NCBI GenBank assembly: GCA_003707115.1
Contig: PPNB01000041.1
Span: forward strand, 1 to 40,196
Direction: 5' to 3'
From: Tortispora ganteri
Taxonomy: Eukaryota
DNA: 40,196 bases
Part shown: positions 9,929 to 18,977 of the stretch, piece after piece
Layout: each line of letters opens with the position of its first letter
Numbering within the stretch: position 1 is the stretch's first letter
The notes under the pieces: model-generated
Databases searched by the model: none
What the model was told of the DNA's origin: nothing
What the model saw: the letters and a program-made list of their open reading frames with translations, nothing else
Translations under genes and position numbers: made by a program

Positions 9929-10987
9929 ATGTCTCGATATACCCAGCGGATGTATGCGAATGCATCGCCGCAATCAGCGTATATGCATTCACAGCCCCGC
10001 ATGAACTACATGCAAAACCAGCCCTACACAAAGACCCAACCACCACCACAACAAGCTCCACAGGTGGCTCAGCTTTCACATGTTCCTCAAGTATCACAGG
10101 TTCCACATCAAGTTCAACAGATGTCTTATAACTACAATGGACAAACTACTGCATATAACACACAGCCTTCATCTACTACCGTTGTGCGGCAAGTATGGGC
10201 CACCAATCTGGAACGAGAACTCGCCCTGATTAGGGACTACATTGAAGTATACCCTGTTGTTGCGCTGGATGCCGAATTTCCGGGTGTAGTTGCTAGACCT
10301 ATTGGCAGTTTTGATTCCACTACAGAATACCATTATCAAACGATGCGATGCAATATCGATATGATGCGTGTGCTGCAAATAGGCATCACGCTTTCGGACG
10401 AGCGCGGAAACCGACCTGAACCGTGCACCTGGCAGTTTAATTTCAAGTTCTCTCTGCGCACCGATATGTACAGTGCCGAGGGAATTGAAGTTTTAGCTAA
10501 AGCTGGTGTGGATTTTTCCAAGCACGAAAATGCCGGAATTGACTTTAACGATTTCGCTGAGCTTCTGATTTCCTCAGGACTCGTATTAGAGCCAAAAGTA
10601 CGGTGGGTATCATACCATGGAGGGTATGATTTTGGATTTCTTTTGTCGCTGATGCTAGCACAGCCACTGCCTGAGACGCAGGCTGAGTTTCTTGACTTAC
10701 TTCACATATTCTTTCCGAGTTTTTTCGACGTCAAGTATCTTGTTAGCTTTGTCAAACCAAACCTGCGAGGAAGCATTAATGATTTAGCGGAGCAGTTGTA
10801 CTTACCTGGTCTCGACCAGCCGCATAAAGCAGGCCCAGAATCTTACTTAACGTCTACTTGTTACTTTGAATTGTGCTATATGTTTTTTCAGGACGGTTCC
10901 GAGGAAGCTTATAATGGATTCTTGTTTGGGCTTGGTCCTGAAACCGAAATGTCTAGACCTGCGCAGGCGTATCCTCTTCCTAGCTAA
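9929..10987 (+). CDS. POP2: CCR4-NOT deadenylase subunit Pop2/Caf1
   Basis: Q-rich N-terminus; ALDAEFPGVVARP, YQTMRCN, TWQFNF and SYHGGYDFG motifs. Confidence 0.93.
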   Translation: MSRYTQRMYANASPQSAYMHSQPRMNYMQNQPYTKTQPPPQQAPQVAQLSHVPQVSQVPHQVQQMSYNYNGQTTAYNTQPSSTTVVRQVWATNLERELALIRDYIEVYPVVALDAEFPGVVARPIGSFDSTTEYHYQTMRCNIDMMRVLQIGITLSDERGNRPEPCTWQFNFKFSLRTDMYSAEGIEVLAKAGVDFSKHENAGIDFNDFAELLISSGLVLEPKVRWVSYHGGYDFGFLLSLMLAQPLPETQAEFLDLLHIFFPSFFDVKYLVSFVKPNLRGSINDLAEQLYLPGLDQPHKAGPESYLTSTCYFELCYMFFQDGSEEAYNGFLFGLGPETEMSRPAQAYPLPS

Positions 10988-11117
10988 TTATGCGCATTCA
11001 CAATCTTCATATATTACACCTTGAACCTCTCAAAGTCTTCCAATTCGTCATGTTATCCCCTTTTTCTCTTGCTATCTGTTTCTTTTATAATGACACACGA
11101 CCTTATAATTCTTTTTA

Positions 11118-12140
11118 TCACGACTTGTCTAATGCGATGAGTATTCCCTTTGTAGACAATTTAGGATCAAAAGCTATTTTAATGGTTCCATCGCGACATC
11201 CATACACAATCTGGTTAATCGCGCTATTCCATGCTACACATGTTGGCTCCTTGGCTTTTATGCCGCCGATTCTTTGCATATCTGACTTGTCAAGCACCTC
11301 AATCTCGTCCTCTTTCGCCACCGCCAACAGCCCATCTGGACCCTGGGCCATATCTCGCGCAGTAACCCTCGTAGTCATTATCGGTTTTTTAGCGTTCCGT
11401 AGATCCCATATACTTATACGGGATTTAGTGAGGCATGTTAAATGGCTGTCAATTAGGTGCATAGTTCTGACCGCGCTATCCTCGGCAATTTTCATTTCTG
11501 GTCTTTCAGTCTTATCAAACAGCAAAATTTGGCCCGAGTTTTGACCACAAACAATCTTATCATCGCACACAAGGCTCGTTACGTGGTCCTGCGACTGTCG
11601 GCTGCCACATACATACAATGCAGTCTGACCGCGTTTCGCATCCTCAACGGCCCACTTGCGTACTGTGTTATCGCGTGATCCGGTAAAGAAATGCGTTGAA
11701 TCACATATAGAAACAGCAGTAATCTCACTAATATGACCTTTCGTGTTCCGTAGGTCGTACAAGTACATGTCACCACGCGCGGTCTCAGCTAAAAGCTCAC
11801 ACTGTCTATCGTACACTTTCGCCGTCGGTGCCGACCCATACGCCACCAGAAGACCTTGGTCAAATTCCGTATGTATTGGCTGACCCTCAAATGGTATTGT
11901 CTCAAAAAATGGACGAGGATTAGATGCAGAAAATCTATCAAAATCCCATATTCGAAGATCACCATGAGAGCTGCTAACCATCCTTGCACCTGAAGGCTCT
12001 ATTCTCACTGTAACCACACTTCTAGTATGCGCATTTTCAATACTATAACAATAACTTAAAGGTGCTTCTATATCAAATTCAGAATCAATACTTCCTTCAT
12101 TATCGTCATTTGTGCTACTTATCGCATACTTCTCGTACAT
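11118..12140 (-). CDS. WD40-repeat protein, WDR70/gad-1-like
   Basis: EPSGARM, WDF, RGDMYLYDLRNTKGHISEIT and WNSAINQI match the WDR70 family pattern. Confidence 0.8.
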   Translation of the reverse strand: MYEKYAISSTNDDNEGSIDSEFDIEAPLSYCYSIENAHTRSVVTVRIEPSGARMVSSSHGDLRIWDFDRFSASNPRPFFETIPFEGQPIHTEFDQGLLVAYGSAPTAKVYDRQCELLAETARGDMYLYDLRNTKGHISEITAVSICDSTHFFTGSRDNTVRKWAVEDAKRGQTALYVCGSRQSQDHVTSLVCDDKIVCGQNSGQILLFDKTERPEMKIAEDSAVRTMHLIDSHLTCLTKSRISIWDLRNAKKPIMTTRVTARDMAQGPDGLLAVAKEDEIEVLDKSDMQRIGGIKAKEPTCVAWNSAINQIVYGCRDGTIKIAFDPKLSTKGILIALDKS

Positions 12141-12278
12141 CCCGGTGTGAATGGCGAACGATAAGTACTAACACTATACCTAATAGCAGTATTACAACCT
12201 ATCACAGCCAATCAATGTGTTTTATATTGTTTTTATTTTATTTCGCAATTCTGCAGACTACCATCATGTATATTCATT

Positions 12279-14111
12279 CTAAAGTTTGACCTGACCACCC
12301 TGGAGCTTCCTACGCAAACTGCTAGTAAATGGCACATAATCGCCTTCCCACTGCATATACACTTGATCAGCGTCAATTCCTTCCCTTTTCAAGTCGCCCT
12401 TCTTGATCTTGAAGTTACCAGTCAACTCAATGTTTTTAACAAGTCTTATAAAAACGGGAATAGCATACTTGGGCAAATGCTTCTGACAGTGAGAATACAG
12501 CCATTTGAAATCGCTCTTTTTTGCGTCTTCATTTAACACTATGGCTGCTAGACCAGCTCTACCATCTTCAAGTTTAGGCAACTTCACTCCAATCACTGAC
12601 GATCCACTGATATGTGGATGCTTTCCCAGGGCACTCTCAACTTCAGTTGTTGATACGTTCTCGGCATGCCATCTGAACGTGTCGCCTAAACGGTCATGGA
12701 AAAATACAAGTCCTTTGATCGTGTACGACACAAGATCACCAGTTCTAAACCACATATCTCCCTTTACAGCTACATCTCGAATGAGCTTTTTGTTGGACTC
12801 TTTCTCGTTGTGAAAGTATCCTTTGAATACAGTATCCACCTTCGTAGGATCAGGAATAGGGAAAAGAAGCTCTCCAGCAGTTCCACGAGGACATTCCACA
12901 ACTAAACCGGTGTTAGGATCTCTTTCTGGCTCTTCGTATTCGTCAGGGTCAATTTTAGCAATATAAAGAACTAAGCCCTTGACAGCAAAGCTTAGAGGGC
13001 CAATACGGCCAATCGCATACTTAGCCCATCGATCTCTGGGGTCATCTCGTCTGAAGATGTTCCAGGTAGCACCAACACCTTCCGTCGCAGAGTAAAATTC
13101 AAACAATAAGGGAATATCAAATCTGCTCAAGAACTCATCCCAAATATCAGATCGAAGTCCAGTTCCAAAAGCCGCCCGAAGACAGTGTTGCTTTTCAAGA
13201 GGATTAAGAGGATTGTTCAGTAAGTACCTGCATATTTCACCCACATATTGTACCACGGTAGCCTTACTGCTAACTACTTCAGACCAGAAATTCTTGGAAG
13301 AATACTTGTGACTGACAACGTTGCATCCTCCACCCGCAATGCATGTGGAAGAGCACAGTACAAGAGCAGTAGCATGGTACAAAGGCATATGCGATATGTA
13401 TCTGTCCTTTGGACTAATACCCATGACACGGTAGTGATTCTTGCCTGAAGCAAGTTTCGCATGATGCACAACAGCTGCTTTAGGAAGGCCAGTAGTTCCT
13501 GAAGTATAGATCAAAGCAGCCGGGTCCCAGGGAAGAGCACCACTTCGGAAACTATCGTCAGGTCTATCGGGGCTAAGATTGCATATTTTCTCGATAACAA
13601 TGTCGTCAAGAGCGACTATTTCTATTTCATTTAAAAGAGAGCGGGCCATATTGACGTTAGTAGCAGAATAAGTATCATAGAAAAGAAATCTACTTCGTGC
13701 TAACTTGACGCAATGTGCCAGGGAATTATCAGTGAGATTGCAATTGATCAGAGCAGGTCGTGCACCAATTGCACACAATCCGAAGAAAATAAACAAAAAC
13801 TCAGGAGAGTTGGTACAGTAAACTGCAACAAATTCGTTCTTTTTGATGCCGTACTCATTCAAGAAGTAATTGGCGTATCTGAGACACATCTCGTAATATT
13901 CCTTGTAAGTATACTCACGCATATCGGAGGCGTAAATCAGCCCCAATTCGTGGCTATATAGATTCTTAGCATCTTCTAGCATATAGAACACGTTCACTCT
14001 GTCGTTCATAAAATCGTAAGCCATATCGATCTGCGCTTCATTCATGCATCGAAGCATATGAGCGTCATGATCATTATTCAATTTCGCAAGTTGAAAAATA
14101 GTTGGTTCCAT
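12279..14111 (-). CDS. FAT1: FATP-family very-long-chain acyl-CoA synthetase / fatty acid transport protein
   Basis: AMP-binding IYTSGTTGLPK, QYVGEICRYL, EFYSATEG and the FATP motif GDMWFRTGDL..FHDRLGDTFRW.AENVST; ends in VKL. Confidence 0.9.
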   Translation of the reverse strand: MEPTIFQLAKLNNDHDAHMLRCMNEAQIDMAYDFMNDRVNVFYMLEDAKNLYSHELGLIYASDMREYTYKEYYEMCLRYANYFLNEYGIKKNEFVAVYCTNSPEFLFIFFGLCAIGARPALINCNLTDNSLAHCVKLARSRFLFYDTYSATNVNMARSLLNEIEIVALDDIVIEKICNLSPDRPDDSFRSGALPWDPAALIYTSGTTGLPKAAVVHHAKLASGKNHYRVMGISPKDRYISHMPLYHATALVLCSSTCIAGGGCNVVSHKYSSKNFWSEVVSSKATVVQYVGEICRYLLNNPLNPLEKQHCLRAAFGTGLRSDIWDEFLSRFDIPLLFEFYSATEGVGATWNIFRRDDPRDRWAKYAIGRIGPLSFAVKGLVLYIAKIDPDEYEEPERDPNTGLVVECPRGTAGELLFPIPDPTKVDTVFKGYFHNEKESNKKLIRDVAVKGDMWFRTGDLVSYTIKGLVFFHDRLGDTFRWHAENVSTTEVESALGKHPHISGSSVIGVKLPKLEDGRAGLAAIVLNEDAKKSDFKWLYSHCQKHLPKYAIPVFIRLVKNIELTGNFKIKKGDLKREGIDADQVYMQWEGDYVPFTSSLRRKLQGGQVKL

Positions 14112-14192
14112 AACTTCAGCTAAGAAAAAGGCACTAAAAAACCCATCCTTTAATACCTAACATATGTATATATATATGCCGAGTAATGTATG

Positions 14193-14260
14193 AATTATTT
14201 GTGGGGTAAAAACCTAAGTCCTTTTCCGCAATCAACTGTATGGCCTCGTTACCCCGCATT
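14193..14260. promoter_or_regulatory. Mig1/CreA-type sites upstream of FAT1
   Basis: ATTATTTGTGGGG (GTGGGG at 14201-14206) and CCCCGCATT (CCCCGC at 14252-14257) match AT-box + SYGGGG; a TATATATA run lies at about 14167-14177. Confidence 0.45.
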
Positions 14261-14612
14261 GTCGTACCCAGTTGTGCGGCTCAGGTATATAGTGCTTTGA
14301 TTTCAGTCCCAGGAATATATGTATATCCAATCTAAATAAAAACCTGAGAGTCCAATTTAAAGGCCCTAAAAAGTAGATTTTACTTTTGATATTGGACTTA
14401 TTTCTCAATAGTCAAGATGCAGACTGGAGTAAGCAGTTTCGGATCTTCATAGACTCATGCACTAGAGGATAACCGATATTGGGAGTGGCTCATCCCCACA
14501 CTCTCCCAAAGCATCACTTTCCGTGAAGGGTAAATAGTAGATCGCTATTTTTTGCGGTAATCAGTGCAAAAGTAAACCAATTGTCGGAAAATAAAATATA
14601 ATTCGTTTCGCG

Positions 14613-16982
14613 TTACATAAGCCTCGGTTGAATCACATTCCATGGTCGAACTGGCTTATAGTTTTCCAGAGTGATACAGCGTTTAAGTGCTTCCGCAGCC
14701 TCGTCATTCATACCCACAGTTTCGTAGACTATGCCGATCATCCACCATGCCTCAGAATACTGCTCAGATAGCCTTGTTGCTGTTTCTAAAATACTCAGTG
14801 CTTGAGAATGTTGAAAATTTTTTTCGCGCATTAGAGATGCAGCCATACCGAGCAGCGCTGGAACGTGGTCAGGAGACTTCAGCAGCGCAAGTTCGAATTC
14901 GGTGCGAGCGTTATTTAATTGCTTCTGAGTAAGATACAAATAGCCGTACTCTGTAAATATATCCGATCCTGGACCTCCACAGGATGATGCTTCTTGCAGC
15001 GCTTGCTTAGCTTCATCGTAAGAACCATGCTTTCTGAACTGATTACCAACAAATATCCATGCGTTACGCAGACTTTTCTGAAACGATGAGTCCACAGCAT
15101 CTAAGAGTTTATCGCCAGAAACAGTCTTATCCGAGGTTCCGTGCAGTTTCAGGTCTGCTAGGCGCTTTAAGGAAGACGAGCTTCTCCGCAATGCAAGAGA
15201 AAATCGTTTTTGTTTGCTTTCAGACGACAATTCAACAGCGCCTGTATTGGCATCTAAAATTTGACTGCGATCCGAATACAATTTAGAAATGAAGTCGAAC
15301 AGGTCAGACGCAGAGGATAATGCCGAGCCGGACGACTGAACTTCCTCAAGGGTTAATTGAGTGATTTTTAGTTCAACAATTGCCTGCCTATCGGCTAGTG
15401 AAGGAAAATCCTCTGTCATATTGTCGAGGATACGGGTACAAGCAGTCAGAGCTGCAGGAATATCGTCAGAGGCAGACAATATCAATATAAGAAGATGCCA
15501 ACTAGGGATACTAGTAGGATCATTTTTTAGGGCGAGACGAATGAATTGCACAGCTTCTGTAAGCCTACCAGACTCTGCAAGAAGGAACGACAGTTGGTAA
15601 AGTGCTTTAGTTGCTGAGTGAATATTAATGGCCTTTCGATAAGATTTCTCAGCAGACAACAGCAATTCAGATCTATTTTTGTATGCTACATCTGTGAGAG
15701 ACGCAAATAGTTGTGCGTTTCCAATTGCTACTAGAGCTTCTGAATGTAATTCAGGAGGGATAGCGGTAGTAACAGCATCACCCGAAAGCCAGAGAGTCAA
15801 GGTATTGGCAAGCATTTGGGCATTTGAGTGATCAGGGTACATCTGTGTGTACACTTCTATGCTTAGTATGAGGGTTCGAATAACTTGGTTAATATCAAAG
15901 GAAGGAGCGACAGAGAAGGACGAAGAAGAAGATTTTGCGCTCAAATGTCTGAGCTTTTCAATTAGCTCGAGGTAGCACTGGATAGCCTCATGAGATTCAG
16001 CGTGGTTATTGTCGGCAATAGATAAGATGATGATATAGTTGAGTATCTGTATAGATTGGAAAGTGCTACTTGACCAGCGGTAGAAACGGGATTTGAGGTC
16101 TTGAATGTATTTGTGTTGGCTACCGTGATGGAGCCAGGCGGAATATAGGATAGAAGCGACGAGGTCGACAAGGGGCGCGTGGGGAGCATTAGCAGTAGGG
16201 AACTTCAGAGAGGATATTTGCTTATCAAGGTTAGCGAGTGTTTCAGAGTACTCCAGCGAGGGTTGCAAGTCAGAGAGGGTCAAGAAGTAGCAGGCGTAGG
16301 CGAGTGCCGAGATACGTCTTTTATTACGCCATTTTTCAGGCGCTGAAGTTGTAAGTTTAAGATACGTTCTTACTGTATGTAAGGAAGCATCTATATCGTC
16401 TGAATATGATGGATAATCTCCGCCAGCTGTAGACAAATGCTTGTAGGAGCAACGAACAGCACGATAGAGCGCCGATTCTATGAGGGAGAGCATAGCAGGG
16501 GAGTCGATACTTTCAGGAACCGCGCTGAGATAAGCAGCTAATAATTCTTGCAAATTTGAAAAGTGTTTTTCTTTATTGTATGCGATAGTGATCAAGTATA
16601 GAGACCGCACCACTTTTGTGTACTTCATAGTGTAGCCATTTGTATCTATTTCCTTTAACAACGGCAATGCTATGTTTTCATTAACAGGCTGTGATGCAAG
16701 CGCGCGAACAAGGGTATTCAAAGTGACAGAATAAAATTTCTGTTCAGAATCTCCAGATTCTGGAGATAAGAACATGCCTATTTCCGTTAAGCCGTGTTTT
16801 GATTCCTCAAACTCATCAGTGAAATCATCTTTTACTCTTAATGAAGGCAATACTAACAACTCACCCAGCGACAATCTAGCAATTTCATTGTACTCTGTGT
16901 CTAAAAGTTCTTTAGCATATTTTTTAATAGATTCAATATTACCTGCACATTTGGCAGCATCAAGTTGTTTAAGAATGTCCAT
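14613..16982 (-). CDS. YPP1: TPR protein Ypp1/TTC7-like (PI4-kinase Stt4 complex)
   Basis: TPR repeats, SWHLLILILSA, IVELKITQLTLEEV, EAWW and C-terminal LENYKPVRPW. First ATG is at 16982. Confidence 0.75.
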   Translation of the reverse strand: MDILKQLDAAKCAGNIESIKKYAKELLDTEYNEIARLSLGELLVLPSLRVKDDFTDEFEESKHGLTEIGMFLSPESGDSEQKFYSVTLNTLVRALASQPVNENIALPLLKEIDTNGYTMKYTKVVRSLYLITIAYNKEKHFSNLQELLAAYLSAVPESIDSPAMLSLIESALYRAVRCSYKHLSTAGGDYPSYSDDIDASLHTVRTYLKLTTSAPEKWRNKRRISALAYACYFLTLSDLQPSLEYSETLANLDKQISSLKFPTANAPHAPLVDLVASILYSAWLHHGSQHKYIQDLKSRFYRWSSSTFQSIQILNYIIILSIADNNHAESHEAIQCYLELIEKLRHLSAKSSSSSFSVAPSFDINQVIRTLILSIEVYTQMYPDHSNAQMLANTLTLWLSGDAVTTAIPPELHSEALVAIGNAQLFASLTDVAYKNRSELLLSAEKSYRKAINIHSATKALYQLSFLLAESGRLTEAVQFIRLALKNDPTSIPSWHLLILILSASDDIPAALTACTRILDNMTEDFPSLADRQAIVELKITQLTLEEVQSSGSALSSASDLFDFISKLYSDRSQILDANTGAVELSSESKQKRFSLALRRSSSSLKRLADLKLHGTSDKTVSGDKLLDAVDSSFQKSLRNAWIFVGNQFRKHGSYDEAKQALQEASSCGGPGSDIFTEYGYLYLTQKQLNNARTEFELALLKSPDHVPALLGMAASLMREKNFQHSQALSILETATRLSEQYSEAWWMIGIVYETVGMNDEAAEALKRCITLENYKPVRPWNVIQPRLM

Positions 16983-17050
16983 TGTAGTGGTGGAGGCCAA
17001 GGTAAAAAAGTGGGCCTTTACACAAAGGTCAAACTTTTACCAACAACTTT

Positions 17051-18949
17051 ATGGGATCATTAGAATCCCTTATAAATGGCTATTTATTGCCAGAAAACCC
17101 TGAAAATATTGTGGAAAATCTCCCTTTTGCTATAGAAATACTAAAAAATACTGAAATATACAAAGATAATGAAAAATCAGTCTTGAAGCTCAAATCATTG
17201 ATCACATCTCTATTACAATCAAACATTCCTTCTTCTCGCTGGGCCGCTTCTTATATACTATCAGAACTTATAAACAACAATATTGATGTGCTAAACAGTC
17301 ATGGAGAAAAATGGACACAATTGTTATTGCGTCCTGATAAGTCTTCCATGGTCCAAAAGGCCACCGTTTACGCTCTATTTTCAATTTACCGCTCCTGCTA
17401 CGGAAAACCCTCTCTAATACGCACAATAGTTACTCCTCACTTAAAGCAATCAATCCAATCTTCATTATCTTTATTTGAATCTTGCCCACTGTTCATATCA
17501 AACGAATATACCTCATTGTTACCTCTATATCCTGCCGCCTTTCGATCCTATTATGATTCAGTCTCCTCTACTGTATACTCCACGATCAAACATTCTCATT
17601 CCGACGAAGTTCTATACTCATGTTCGCGCTGTATGGTCGCCCTCCATATGTCTGCTGTAAAGAAGGATATTCAAGGTTTACATAATGATATAGTAAACGA
17701 TATCATATCCTCGCTCAATTTGTCCTTATACACACTTTCGCTTTCTCTTGAGTTCGATACCCTGAAACCAACTCATCAACCCAAATTTGATTTATCCTTT
17801 AACAATGGTAAAGATATAAACTCTCTTATGAACAGCCTGAGACGATCACTGATTGCCACAACTGCTATTTTGTCGTCACAATCGACAGCGCAAATTGCAC
17901 TCACGCCTTCAACATTCTTTCAACCTCTTCTAATGCTCCTTCATCTGAATGCAAGACCACAAGCAAAACAGTCATGCCCTAACTCACGCGCTAATGACAT
18001 ATATACAGCTCTTCCAATAATCCACAATCTAGCGGTACAGGCTTTAAAAAGCGCTGTTTCGAAGTTCGGCCAAACATCCTACTCCTATTTCCAAGGCATC
18101 TTCTTTGAATCTGTTCGACTTATCAAAATACCTTACGCTCCCTTGCAAGCTTCTGTATTTGAACTTGTCACACATATGTGTATTATGGTCTCATTTTTGC
18201 CGCCAGAATGGATCGAATCTGTTTCAGAAATAGCTCTAACTGCTATTGAAATTCTGTCCTCAGATTCACAACCAATGAAATCTGACATCACTGACTATGT
18301 TTCCAACCCTGCTGCATTCACAAAGACCATATCCAAGGAGTTGCGTGATTCAGTTTCAAACCTAATTGATACTTTCATAAAAACTGGGCTGCTTATGTCT
18401 GAAGAAACCCGCGCTGCTATAGATACAGTTCTTGTTTCGAAGTCCAGCAAGGCAATAGCCACGAGTGCGTTATACCCAGCACTGGCATCAAAATATTCTG
18501 TTATTCCTATTGCTGTGAATATTGATCCCACTAATGCTCCATTAGCGACTCTGATTCACCCTAGATTTGCTCCAATGAAAGGCAATTCTAGCAGATCTTT
18601 TAACGAGAGAAATTTCTTTGTCACAGACACAGAGACAACAAGCAGCGATGTGCCTGAGCCTGTTAAGCAAGTTGCTACTGAAATAGAAAACGTCCCAGAC
18701 AATTGTTCCAACTTAGTTGTTCCTAAAGAGACTATTGAAGCCAACCTTCCCGAACCTGTCTCAGTTCCGATTGCTGCTGCGACGAGTCACAAAACCATGG
18801 AGATGGAGATAGATCTTGAAAAACCTGCGCTTGATAACAAAACGAAACCATCTGATAAAGCAGATGAGTCTATTGAAGTGGATATAATCGATGGCGCGGA
18901 TATAGAGTTACCTGAATTAGACACTACTTTGAACGACGATCTATTGTGA
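17051..18949 (+). CDS. RIX1: Pre-rRNA processing factor Rix1 (PELP1-like)
   Basis: SRWAA..HGEKW, GKPSLIRTIVTPHL, IHPRFAP and an acidic tail. Confidence 0.8.
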   Translation: MGSLESLINGYLLPENPENIVENLPFAIEILKNTEIYKDNEKSVLKLKSLITSLLQSNIPSSRWAASYILSELINNNIDVLNSHGEKWTQLLLRPDKSSMVQKATVYALFSIYRSCYGKPSLIRTIVTPHLKQSIQSSLSLFESCPLFISNEYTSLLPLYPAAFRSYYDSVSSTVYSTIKHSHSDEVLYSCSRCMVALHMSAVKKDIQGLHNDIVNDIISSLNLSLYTLSLSLEFDTLKPTHQPKFDLSFNNGKDINSLMNSLRRSLIATTAILSSQSTAQIALTPSTFFQPLLMLLHLNARPQAKQSCPNSRANDIYTALPIIHNLAVQALKSAVSKFGQTSYSYFQGIFFESVRLIKIPYAPLQASVFELVTHMCIMVSFLPPEWIESVSEIALTAIEILSSDSQPMKSDITDYVSNPAAFTKTISKELRDSVSNLIDTFIKTGLLMSEETRAAIDTVLVSKSSKAIATSALYPALASKYSVIPIAVNIDPTNAPLATLIHPRFAPMKGNSSRSFNERNFFVTDTETTSSDVPEPVKQVATEIENVPDNCSNLVVPKETIEANLPEPVSVPIAAATSHKTMEMEIDLEKPALDNKTKPSDKADESIEVDIIDGADIELPELDTTLNDDLL

Positions 18950-18977
18950 TTGACAAATAAACATTATTGAAACCAAT

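Noticed and set aside
10990..11544. 184-aa plus-strand ORF directly after POP2
   Set aside because: Mostly the antisense mirror of the WDR70-like gene, with no recognisable motifs.
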